Origin: Candidatus Parcubacteria bacterium
GTDB lineage: Bacteria > Patescibacteriota > Minisyncoccia > Phycocordibacterales > CAIZLB01
Assembly (NCBI GenBank): GCA_039795875.1
Contig: JBDKKY010000002.1
Coordinates: forward strand, 1-54,341
Length of the DNA: 54,341 nucleotides
Direction of reading: 5' to 3'
Positions 46,350 through 54,341 of the stretch are shown here, piece after piece. The notes beneath the pieces were generated by a model. The model had not been told where the DNA came from. It was given only the letters and a program-made list of their open reading frames with translations, and searched no databases. Made by a program: the position numbers and the translations under genes. Numbering within the stretch: position 1 is the stretch's first letter; each line of letters begins with the position of its first letter.

Positions 46350-46793
46350 ATGAAAATCGTTTTACTTAAAGACCTACACAAAGTAGGCCGGAAATATGAT
46401 GTTGTTGATGTTGCTGATGGATTTGCCCTCAACAGCCTTATTCCGTCTAAATCTGCTGAAGCTGCTACTGCCTCAACTATCGCCCGATACAACAAACTAC
46501 GAGAAGTAGAGGTAGCTGCCCGAGCCGCCATTGAAGAAGAGGTGTTTTCTAAGTTAGATGTTATCACCGGTAACACATATGAGATTACAGCCAAGGCCAA
46601 TGAACAAGGTCATTTATTTGCCGCCATTCATAAAGACGAGATTATTGCTGCGGTGAAAGCCCAAGCTGGTATTAACCTCGATCCATCGTATCTACACCTA
46701 GACGCCGCCTTAAAACAGGTAGGAACATTTGAGGTTCCACTTAAGGTTCGAGACCAGGAAAAGATGATCACTGTTGAGATCAAGGCGGCGTAA
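46350..46793 (+). CDS. rplI: 50S ribosomal protein L9
   Basis: MKIVLLKDLHKVGRKYDVVDVADGFALNSLIP is the canonical bL9 N-terminus. Confidence 0.9.
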   Translation: MKIVLLKDLHKVGRKYDVVDVADGFALNSLIPSKSAEAATASTIARYNKLREVEVAARAAIEEEVFSKLDVITGNTYEITAKANEQGHLFAAIHKDEIIAAVKAQAGINLDPSYLHLDAALKQVGTFEVPLKVRDQEKMITVEIKAA

Positions 46794-46864
46794 GTCTCAC
46801 TATAGATTTGCTGAAAAGGCCAGACTCTTAGGGTTTGGTTTTTTCATATTTAGACTGTACAATC

Positions 46865-47422
46865 ATGGCTATGGCATATAACTTCAATGAATTTAATACA
46901 AAAGCTAAGTCTACCGAGAGCTGGCTACAGGCCGAGTATCAAAATATTCGTACCGGCCGATCCAGCGCCTCTTTTCTTGACCAAGTTCGTGTAGAAGCGT
47001 ATGGAGAAATGAGTCCACTGACAAATGTGGCCTCAGTCGGTATTGAAGATGCAAAAACTCTACGAGTGTCACCGTGGGATACCAGTCTGATCCGTCCGAT
47101 CGAAAAAGCTATCGTGGCGGCTGACCTGGGTATATCTTGTGCAGTTGATGACAAAGGTATCCGTGTGATTTTCCCCGATCTAACAGGGGAGCGACGAGAA
47201 CAACTTATCAAAGTTGCTAAGACCAAGTTGGAAGATGCTAAGATTGCTCTCCGCCAAGAGCGAAACGCAGTTAACGACGACATGAATGAGAAAAAGAAAT
47301 CAGGCGAGATGAGCGAAGATGATGTTTCTCGAGCCAAAAAAGATTTTGATGGATTGATGACTAACGCCACAACCGCTCTCGATGCTCTATTTTCCAAAAA
47401 AGAAAAAGAGATTGCCGGATAG
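46865..47422 (+). CDS. frr: ribosome recycling factor
   Basis: IRTGRSSASFLDQVRVEAYG, LGISCAVDDKGIRVIFPDLTGERREQL. The ATG at 46865 is preferred over the listed upstream start. Confidence 0.9.
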   Translation: MAMAYNFNEFNTKAKSTESWLQAEYQNIRTGRSSASFLDQVRVEAYGEMSPLTNVASVGIEDAKTLRVSPWDTSLIRPIEKAIVAADLGISCAVDDKGIRVIFPDLTGERREQLIKVAKTKLEDAKIALRQERNAVNDDMNEKKKSGEMSEDDVSRAKKDFDGLMTNATTALDALFSKKEKEIAG

Positions 47423-47440
47423 GTGTATACTTAAAATTAC

Positions 47441-48496
47441 ATGATAACAACTATTTTATTTTTATTCGTTCTTTCGGTCCTGGTATTCGTACACGAACTT
47501 GGACACTTTTTGGCTTCGAAACTATTTAAGATTCGGGTGGACGAATTTGCCATCGGTTTTCCGCCAAAGATTTTCTCATGGAAAAAAGGCGAGACTACAT
47601 ATGCTTTAAATGCATTGCCGCTTGGAGGATATGTAAAGATTCATGGTGAGAATCCGGAAGATGCAACTGATCCAACCGATAAGCGCAATTTTCAAAATGT
47701 ATCATGGTGGAAACAAGTGGTTGTACTTGCAGCGGGTGTGACATTTAACATCATCTTTGCTTGGTTGCTGCTGTCGCTCTCGCTCATGGTCGGAACGACT
47801 AAGGCTTCTCTTGAGGGTATTGATCCAGCCTATGTCTCTGGTCCGCAAAAAGTATTAATACAAGCAGTAACTCCAGATAGTCCGGCTGCGAAAGCCGATA
47901 TCCAACCAGGCGATGTTGTGCTTTCTGTAAATGGAAAAGAAGTGACAACAAGTGTTCAAGTACAAACGTTGGTAAAAGAGTCTAAGAAAAAAGTGTTGGT
48001 AGAAACCGAGAGAAAAGATGCTACATCATCTCACGAAGTTATTTTTGCAAATGAATCATTGATGGGCGTAACTTTGGCTGAAGTAGCAACGATCAAGATG
48101 CCTTTCTTCCCAGCTCTAAAACATGGTGCTGCCGGCACTTGGTATTTGACAAGCGAGTTGACAAACGGAGTCCTTGGATTCTTTGGAAAATTATTTGTTG
48201 GACATGCCTCATGGGAAGAGGTGTCTGGTCCAGTGGGTATTGCTAAGCATGTGGGAAGTGCCGGACGAGAAGGTTTTGCATCACTCATATTTATCAGTGT
48301 ATTGATCTCTATCTCACTTGCCATCATGAACATTTTGCCATTCCCGGCTCTTGATGGAGGACGAATCGTGATCTCTGTCATCGAAGGAATCATGCGTAAA
48401 CGTTTGAATCCGACTTTTGTGAATGTGTTGAATACGATTGGGTTTGGGTTGCTGCTGCTGCTCATGCTTGTTGTCACTATTAAAGACATATTCTAA
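47441..48496 (+). CDS. rseP: site-2 (M50) intramembrane zinc metalloprotease
   Basis: HELGHFLASK (HExxH), PDZ (SPAAKADIQPGDVVLSVNGK) and NILPFPALDGG. Confidence 0.85.
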   Translation: MITTILFLFVLSVLVFVHELGHFLASKLFKIRVDEFAIGFPPKIFSWKKGETTYALNALPLGGYVKIHGENPEDATDPTDKRNFQNVSWWKQVVVLAAGVTFNIIFAWLLLSLSLMVGTTKASLEGIDPAYVSGPQKVLIQAVTPDSPAAKADIQPGDVVLSVNGKEVTTSVQVQTLVKESKKKVLVETERKDATSSHEVIFANESLMGVTLAEVATIKMPFFPALKHGAAGTWYLTSELTNGVLGFFGKLFVGHASWEEVSGPVGIAKHVGSAGREGFASLIFISVLISISLAIMNILPFPALDGGRIVISVIEGIMRKRLNPTFVNVLNTIGFGLLLLLMLVVTIKDIF

Positions 48497-48598
48497 ATAA
48501 AACATTCTTCATTCCGAAAAAGAACAGAACCCTCCACAAGGTTCGCAATGAAGCCTTACGGCTTCATACCCGTCATCATCTGTGGTAATATGACCTGC

Positions 48599-49876
48599 AT
48601 GAAACACACCGAAATCTTCACCAAAACACGGAAGGAATTTCCTGCTGATGAAGTTGCTAAAAATGCTCAATTACTGATTAAAGCTGGCTTTGTTCACAAA
48701 GAAATGGCCGGTGTGTATGCCTATCTGCCGATGGGTTTGCGCGTGATTGAAAAGATTAAAAAAATCGTCAGAGATGAAATGAACGCATATGGTGGTCAAG
48801 AAATGATTATGACTTCATTGCAGAAAAAAGAGACTTGGTTAAAAACCGATCGATGGAGTGATGAAAATGTCGATGTCTGGTTTAAGAGTCAGTTGAAAAA
48901 TGGAACTGAAGTTGGTTTTGGCTGGTCACACGAAGAACCTATTACAGAAATGATGAAAAACTTTATACACAGTTATAAAGATCTACCCATCTACACGTAT
49001 CAATTTCAAACAAAATTGCGAAATGAGTTACGGGCCAAAAGTGGTATCATGCGAGGTCGAGAATTTGTGATGAAAGATTTATATTCATATACACAGTCAC
49101 AAGAGGAGCATGAGGCATTCTACAATCGCATGATTGAAGCATATATGAATGTATACAGAGAGTGTGGAGTAGGTGAGGATACATTTTTGACGGTAGCAAC
49201 TGGAGGAGCCTTTACTAAAAATGTTAGTCACGAGTTTCAAACTATTTGTGAAGCAGGGGAAGATATTGTATTTATTGATCGAGCCAAAAAGGTTGCATAT
49301 AACAAAGAGATTTTTGATGATGCAGCTGAAGTAGAGAGGTTAGGATTAGTTAAAGAAAAGCTTGAGGAAATCAAAACGGCCGAAGTTGGTAATATCTTCA
49401 GTTTTGGTCCTACCAAGTCAGAACAGATGGAATTATTTTTCACAGACGTTGATGGAAAAAATAAACCGGTTATCCTTGGATCATATGGTATTGGTATCAC
49501 TCGTCTAATGGGTGTGGTTGCTGACAAATATGGTGACGACAAAGGTCTGGTCTGGCCAAAAAATATTGCGCCGTATCATATCGAGGTTGTGTCGCTACAT
49601 AAAGAAGAAGACGATGCAGTCTATAAAGCAGCTGCAGCCGCGTACGCCAGTCTTTCTGGTAAGTATGATGTCTTATTTGATGATAGAAAAATGAGTCCTG
49701 GTAGCAAAATGTTTGATGCCGACTTATATGGTTGCCCGGTGCAGGTTATTATCGGTAGTAAGGGACTAGAAAAAGGGATTGCCGAAGTCAAAATTCGTCA
49801 AACCGGTGAAGTAAAAGAGGTTGAGCTTGGAAATATCTCCGCGCATGTGGATAACATCTGGAACTCTGTAAAATAA
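48599..49876 (+). CDS. proS: prolyl-tRNA synthetase (short form without INS editing domain)
   Basis: AGFVHKEMAGVYAYLPMG, class-II motif 2 (FRNELRAKSGIMRGREFVMKD), and an anticodon-binding C-terminus. The ATG at 48599 is 7 nt after TGgTAATAT. Confidence 0.9.
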   Translation: MKHTEIFTKTRKEFPADEVAKNAQLLIKAGFVHKEMAGVYAYLPMGLRVIEKIKKIVRDEMNAYGGQEMIMTSLQKKETWLKTDRWSDENVDVWFKSQLKNGTEVGFGWSHEEPITEMMKNFIHSYKDLPIYTYQFQTKLRNELRAKSGIMRGREFVMKDLYSYTQSQEEHEAFYNRMIEAYMNVYRECGVGEDTFLTVATGGAFTKNVSHEFQTICEAGEDIVFIDRAKKVAYNKEIFDDAAEVERLGLVKEKLEEIKTAEVGNIFSFGPTKSEQMELFFTDVDGKNKPVILGSYGIGITRLMGVVADKYGDDKGLVWPKNIAPYHIEVVSLHKEEDDAVYKAAAAAYASLSGKYDVLFDDRKMSPGSKMFDADLYGCPVQVIIGSKGLEKGIAEVKIRQTGEVKEVELGNISAHVDNIWNSVK

Positions 49877-49952
49877 TCTGAGGGAAGATGAAATAGCCAC
49901 ATATACTCAGCCACTTGTCAAATCACATCGAATGTGCTAAAATCATCGCAAC

Positions 49953-51494
49953 ATGTACTCAAAAAATAGAATAACTGCTCGAGGTGGAACTGGTGCCCCA
50001 AATCGATCTTTCAAAAAGCCCGGCGAAACATACGGCGCTCCAAAATCAAATTACGCACCTCGAACACGATCTATTTCTAACTATTCTCGACCAACTTCGT
50101 CATTCTCACCAGGACCTGCTAAAACAGGCTTTCGTGGAGGACCACGAGGAGGATCCGACTCTCGTATTCGAACCGCTCCAAGCCGATCTGCCGGTGGTTT
50201 TTCTGGTGGAAGCTCCTACGGAGCACGCCCATCCTTTGCAGGCCGTGGCGGCTTTTCTGGCGGCTCTAGAGGAGGCTTTGGTGCCCGTTCTGGAGGTTCA
50301 CGTGGTGGATATGCTGGTGGTGGATCACGGGGTGGTTTTGGCGGTGCCGGAGGCCGTGGACGAGGACGAATGGGTGAACACATTGACCATTCAAAATTTA
50401 TATACAAACCTGATAAAAAAACCTTGGAAGCAGAGGCTAAGGTGAAAGCAGCTAAGGCTCCGGTAAAACACGAGTTTGTTGATTTCAAATTTGATAAACA
50501 AGTACAAGCTAACCTGGCTGAAAAAGGCTATACCACTCCAACGCCGATCCAAGATCAAACAATCATGCATGCACTTGCAGGCAAAGATGTTCTTGGTCTT
50601 GCAAACACCGGTTCTGGTAAAACAGCCGCTTTCCTATTGCCACTTATCGACAAAGTACTTAAGGATCCATCACAAAAAGTGATTATTCTTGCTCCAACTC
50701 GAGAGCTTGCCATGCAAATCAATAAAGAATTTACAGAATTCGCAAAAGGATTGAAAATCTTTTCAACTGTATGTGTAGGAGGAATGCCAATTTTCCGACA
50801 GATTCAAAACTTGCGAATGATTAATCATTTCGTTATCGGAACACCGGGACGTATCAAAGACTTGGCTCACAGACGATGTATTGTGTACAGTCAATTTACA
50901 AACGTTGTATTGGATGAGGTTGATCACATGCTCGACATGGGATTCGTTGATGACATCACCGAGATTCTTGAGGGTCTAGGTAAGCCACGACAATCATTGT
51001 TCTTCTCAGCCACAATGCCTCCGCGAATTCGAACCTTGGTTTCAAAATTCTTGATCGATCCAACAACTATCGATATCGCTGTCCCAGGAAGTACAAAAAC
51101 TGTAGAACAAGATATCATTAAGGCTCCACGAGAACAAAAATTTGAAGTGTTGTGTAAACTTCTAAAATCAGAAGGTGCTACACGAACAATCATTTTCGTA
51201 GAAACAAAGCGAGCTGTAGAAGAAGTCGCACGATCTCTAACGACTGCAGGATACAAAGTAGGATATTTGCATGGTGACAAGCGGCAACGAGAGCGAGCGC
51301 GAACTCTTGATCAATTTAAGACAGGTTTGACCGACATCTTGGTTGCAACAGATGTTGCTGCACGAGGTATTGACGTTAAAGACGTCTCTCATGTGATCAA
51401 CTATACTGTTCCTCAAACTCATGATGACTACGTTCACCGAATCGGACGAGCTGGACGAGCTGGAAAAACTGGTAAGGCGTTTACATTCGTGTAA
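49953..51494 (+). CDS. DEAD-box RNA helicase with ~140-aa N-terminal RGG/Ser-rich low-complexity region
   Basis: Q-motif region PTPIQ, motif I ANTGSGKTAAF, motif II VLDEVD, motif III SAT, motif VI HRIGRAGRAG. The N-terminus is rich in RGG/GGS repeats. Confidence 0.9.
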   Translation: MYSKNRITARGGTGAPNRSFKKPGETYGAPKSNYAPRTRSISNYSRPTSSFSPGPAKTGFRGGPRGGSDSRIRTAPSRSAGGFSGGSSYGARPSFAGRGGFSGGSRGGFGARSGGSRGGYAGGGSRGGFGGAGGRGRGRMGEHIDHSKFIYKPDKKTLEAEAKVKAAKAPVKHEFVDFKFDKQVQANLAEKGYTTPTPIQDQTIMHALAGKDVLGLANTGSGKTAAFLLPLIDKVLKDPSQKVIILAPTRELAMQINKEFTEFAKGLKIFSTVCVGGMPIFRQIQNLRMINHFVIGTPGRIKDLAHRRCIVYSQFTNVVLDEVDHMLDMGFVDDITEILEGLGKPRQSLFFSATMPPRIRTLVSKFLIDPTTIDIAVPGSTKTVEQDIIKAPREQKFEVLCKLLKSEGATRTIIFVETKRAVEEVARSLTTAGYKVGYLHGDKRQRERARTLDQFKTGLTDILVATDVAARGIDVKDVSHVINYTVPQTHDDYVHRIGRAGRAGKTGKAFTFV

Positions 51495-51554
51495 TTACTT
51501 ATCCACATAAGAAAAAAGTATACCACCAACCATATGGTGGTATACTTTTTATAT

Positions 51555-52124
51555 ATGAAAAAAATACTTTTACTCGCAGTTCTTATCGCCGCCTCAACTA
51601 CTGTAGTTGTTGCCGGACTGAACTCAGCGATTGCAAATAAAGACAACCTATCATTGGCTGGACGGGCACAAATGAAGGCAAATCCAAATGCTCAGAAAGG
51701 TATGGCGCGCGCAGGTATGAACGAACCTTGTCGACCAAACGCTTCTTCCACTCCAATGATGAATCGACCCATGAGGCCTGAAGGGCGTATGGAGGGTATG
51801 GCAACACCAGGTGGTATGCAGATGATGCATGATCGTATCGCTACCGGTACAGCCACACGAACTCCACCAAGACCAGAGATGAAACCGTGTGGAGAGATGA
51901 GAGAGATGAAGGAAGTGAAGAATAACGACAAGAGGGATGATAAGCCAGGATTGATCATGCGACTGCTTCACAAATTCTTCTTCGGTACTCCAGCTGAAGA
52001 TCCAGCTGTCAAAGAACAGTTGAAGAAGGCTGTGATCGAGGCCAAGGTGATGGAGCGAGTTGAGAACAAGATAGAAAACAAGATAGAAAATAGAGCGGAA
52101 AATGATCGAGCGGGGCGAGAGTAA
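51555..52124 (+). CDS. secreted Met/Pro/Arg-rich hypothetical protein
   Basis: The ATG at 51555 gives MKKILLLAVLIAASTTVVVAG (signal peptide). A Met-rich stretch follows (MNRPMRPEGRMEGMATPGGMQMMHD), then the tandem peptide ENKIENKIEN. Confidence 0.5.
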   Translation: MKKILLLAVLIAASTTVVVAGLNSAIANKDNLSLAGRAQMKANPNAQKGMARAGMNEPCRPNASSTPMMNRPMRPEGRMEGMATPGGMQMMHDRIATGTATRTPPRPEMKPCGEMREMKEVKNNDKRDDKPGLIMRLLHKFFFGTPAEDPAVKEQLKKAVIEAKVMERVENKIENKIENRAENDRAGRE

Positions 52125-52139
52125 ATAGTGGCTTGATCT

Positions 52140-52775
52140 CTAATGTGCAATCGAAAAAACCTGGACAGTCCACCTGATCTCGGGTTTTTTCTTTTGTAAT
52201 TTTTGAAAATATCTTTCAAGTGTCTGGGCACAAGCGAGTAGTGTGCCACCGGTAGAGCACACATCATCTAAAATAGTTATGTGGAAATATTTAATCTTTA
52301 GTATGTTTAATATAAAGAAAACTTTAAATTTGAAGACAGGGGCTACCGTGTATCGTCCTGCAATATTTGCCAATCTGTACTTGCGGTTACCGCCAATATG
52401 TTGAGCCTTGCTGTGTTTGAGATGGGATAAGCGTACTTTAAAGACTCGACCAAAGTAATCAATGTCTTGCCTAAATAACTCTCTCGTACTGTCTTCAGCC
52501 TTTTCGCCGCGGGTATACATAGTTGACGGTGGTGAGGTGAAGAAAAAATGTGTCTGGCGGGGCAAGAGGGGTGAATTTCTCACGTCAAAAACGATATCGG
52601 AAACTAGACGCTCCAGATACGTTTTCGCAGCAAAATACTCCTTATTTTTACTCGAAGCAAACTTATATTGTTCGAATAGCTTTTTTGTGCCCTCGGACTG
52701 ATATTTTTCCACATACGTCACTGGCAGAACGGTTTCTGCAGAGGTAGTTGTTTGAAAATATTTTCCTAGAGACAC
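52140..52775 (-). CDS. comF: ComF-family phosphoribosyltransferase-domain protein
   Basis: PRPP-binding motif ITILDDVCSTGGTLLAC near the C-terminus, with ComFC-like size. Confidence 0.75.
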   Translation of the reverse strand: MSLGKYFQTTTSAETVLPVTYVEKYQSEGTKKLFEQYKFASSKNKEYFAAKTYLERLVSDIVFDVRNSPLLPRQTHFFFTSPPSTMYTRGEKAEDSTRELFRQDIDYFGRVFKVRLSHLKHSKAQHIGGNRKYRLANIAGRYTVAPVFKFKVFFILNILKIKYFHITILDDVCSTGGTLLACAQTLERYFQKLQKKKPEIRWTVQVFSIAH

Positions 52776-52823
52776 AGAACCATAATAGCAGGTTGGTCCT
52801 CAAGGGAAATTAAAGAAAATATC

Positions 52824-53690
52824 ATGATATACTTAAGCTATATGACGGATATGGACGAGGCGGCGATCATGCCTACACAGCATACATACACTATCAAGAC
52901 AGAGCAGTTTGAAGGACCTCTCGATGTTCTTTTAAATTTGATTGAAAAGCGAAAGTTGTTGATTAATCACATTTCTCTTGGAGAGGTAACAGAAGAATTT
53001 ATTCAATTTGCCCACAGACTGGAAGGCCCTCATGGCCTACGACAGAAAGCTTCATTTGTTTCTGTGGCTTCGATATTGATTTTGATTAAAGCGAAGTCTC
53101 TTTTGCCGATTTTAGACATTACTCCTGAAGAAGAAGTTGATATTGCTGATTTGGAAAAACGGTTGAAGATGCTAGAGTTGATGCGAAAAGTTGGTAAAAC
53201 ACTGGGTCTTGTCTATGGCAAGACGCAGATATTTAGACAAGGCAATTTTCGTCGTGAGATTCGAATTTTTGCACCGGCAAAAGATATCGGTATTGATTCG
53301 ATTTTCGAAAGTATCAATCGGGCTCTAGCCTCTGTTCCAAAAAAAGAAAAAGAATTGCCAAAAGTTCGTATGCGGCAGGTGATGTCTCTTGAAGACATGA
53401 TGGAAAGTTTGAGTACTCGTATGCAGTCTGCTCTTAAGATGACCTTTACCGCGTTCTCAAAAGCTCCACAGATATCAACAGTAAACCTCAATGACGCGGA
53501 AATCGTGGAAGTAAAACGAGCTCAGAAACAACATGTTGTAGTGAGCTTTTTGGCCTTGTTGGAATTAGTAAAACAAAATATGTTGATTGCAGATCAGACA
53601 GAAAATTTTGCTGAGATAGATATCGGCGCCACAGCACCTGGGGCTATTCTTGAAGAATCGTTGAGCGATCAAGAGGATGTGGTATCATAG
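52824..53690 (+). CDS. scpA: segregation and condensation protein A
   Basis: FEGPLDVLLNLIEKRKLLINHISLGEVTEEF is the canonical ScpA N-terminal motif. The exact start among several Met codons is uncertain. Confidence 0.85.
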   Translation: MIYLSYMTDMDEAAIMPTQHTYTIKTEQFEGPLDVLLNLIEKRKLLINHISLGEVTEEFIQFAHRLEGPHGLRQKASFVSVASILILIKAKSLLPILDITPEEEVDIADLEKRLKMLELMRKVGKTLGLVYGKTQIFRQGNFRREIRIFAPAKDIGIDSIFESINRALASVPKKEKELPKVRMRQVMSLEDMMESLSTRMQSALKMTFTAFSKAPQISTVNLNDAEIVEVKRAQKQHVVVSFLALLELVKQNMLIADQTENFAEIDIGATAPGAILEESLSDQEDVVS

Positions 53691-53696
53691 GAAGAT

Positions 53697-54230
53697 ATGA
53701 ACCAACATGCCCAACTCATAGAAGCCTTTCTGTTTTGGAAAGGAGAGCCTGTGACTGTACGTGAATTGTCTAAATCTTTAAATTTGGCACTAGAAGTGAT
53801 CGAAGATTCTTTGGGGGTGTTAACCGAGCAAAGTGAAGATGGACGAGGTATTGTCTTGGTTCGATATGGAGATAAAGTGACTTTAGGAACTCACCCAGAC
53901 ACCAGTGAAGCCATTGAAGCTCTCACCAAAGAAGAGTTGAGTAGAGATTTAGGAAAATCTGCGCTCGAAACATTGGCTATCATTCTGTACCAAGGACCGG
54001 TAAAACGAAGTCAGATTGATTATGTTCGCGGGGTGAATTCGCAATTTATTTTGAGAAATTTATTGATGCGAGGATTGATTGATCGGGCTCAAGACGAACA
54101 TGATGAGCGAGTGTTTGTATACAGTCCATCATTGGAATTATTGGCACATCTTGGGGTCAAACGTATTTCTGAATTACCAGATTTTGAAAAAGTGATTGCC
54201 TCGTTGCAAGCTTTCGAAAAAGAAGAATAG
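53697..54230 (+). CDS. scpB: segregation and condensation protein B
   Basis: IEAFLFWKGEPVTVRELS, LETLAIILYQGPVKRSQIDYVRGVNS, and its position after scpA. Confidence 0.85.
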   Translation: MNQHAQLIEAFLFWKGEPVTVRELSKSLNLALEVIEDSLGVLTEQSEDGRGIVLVRYGDKVTLGTHPDTSEAIEALTKEELSRDLGKSALETLAIILYQGPVKRSQIDYVRGVNSQFILRNLLMRGLIDRAQDEHDERVFVYSPSLELLAHLGVKRISELPDFEKVIASLQAFEKEE

Positions 54231-54251
54231 TCTGTTTACCTACTCAATTTA

Positions 54252-54341
54252 TGGCGCGGTCAACTCAAAAACGTATTATCATCTCTGTTAGTGTAGTTAT
54301 AGTCCTATTGTTATCGGTGGGCGGATTAATTCATATAGAAG
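54252..54341 (+). CDS. N-terminus of a membrane-anchored protein (runs off the window end)
   Basis: My translation is MARSTQKRIISVSVVIVLLLSVGGLIHIE, a basic N-terminus followed by a hydrophobic span. Function cannot be told from 30 codons. Confidence 0.35.

Noticed and set aside
48556-48575. A perfect hairpin ATGAAGCC-TTAC-GGCTTCAT upstream of proS, considered as a T-box or attenuator.
   Set aside because: It is far too short for a T-box leader, and no specifier or antiterminator elements are present. It lies upstream of the proS -10 box, so it is more likely the rseP terminator or a stabiliser, although no T-run follows.
49984-50488. An alternative-frame 153-aa ORF and an antisense 90-aa ORF within the helicase 5-prime region.
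   Set aside because: They are artefacts of the G+C-rich RGG-coding repeat. The helicase frame continues into canonical DEAD-box motifs.
1-54341. CRISPR arrays, diversity-generating retroelement TR/VR pairs, IS elements, prophage genes, rRNA genes and tRNA genes.
   Set aside because: I saw no regularly spaced direct repeats, reverse transcriptase, transposase or integrase motifs, long near-identical repeat pairs with A-specific mismatches, or phage structural genes. The only notable DNA repeats are the 65-bp module pair and a 12-nt tandem duplication.

Overview
This is a gene-dense, AT-rich window (roughly 40% G+C by eye) with a reduced-genome bacterial character. It carries many housekeeping genes: tyrS (partial), thrS, tgt, dnaE, hisS, truB, pheST, gyrB, rpsP, mreBC-mrdA, uvrC, ctp, rplI, frr, rseP, proS, a DEAD-box helicase, comF and scpAB. 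It also carries a minimal type IV pilus/T2SS-like operon, a sortase and very large surface proteins. Several genes lack standard domains, and most transcription units look leaderless. I infer a Patescibacteria/CPR-like organism from these traits; this is not proven. No rRNA gene, intact tRNA gene, CRISPR array, transposase, integrase or reverse transcriptase was found. Against this background, three ORFs with visibly higher G+C stand out. Two are tandem cassettes between tyrS and thrS (about 208-1905). Each has its own promoter and ends in the same 65-bp module, which looks like a tRNA 3-prime fragment (T-arm plus acceptor strand) fused to a long intrinsic terminator. A RelE/ParE-type toxin-antitoxin pair lies next to them. 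The third ORF (34783-35922) encodes a secreted orphan protein with a consensus promoter, a long leader and an AGGAG box, embedded among cell-surface genes. Other points worth a second look are a ~186-nt orphan sRNA gene with clean promoter and terminator geometry (5999-6186, minus strand), an ORF-free structured 290-bp spacer upstream of dnaE, and two paralogous giant envelope proteins flanking gyrB. Those two proteins share a Cys-rich C-terminal module and an internal TM, basic patch and signal-peptide-like junction. All functional calls rest on motif recognition by eye; no database search was possible.
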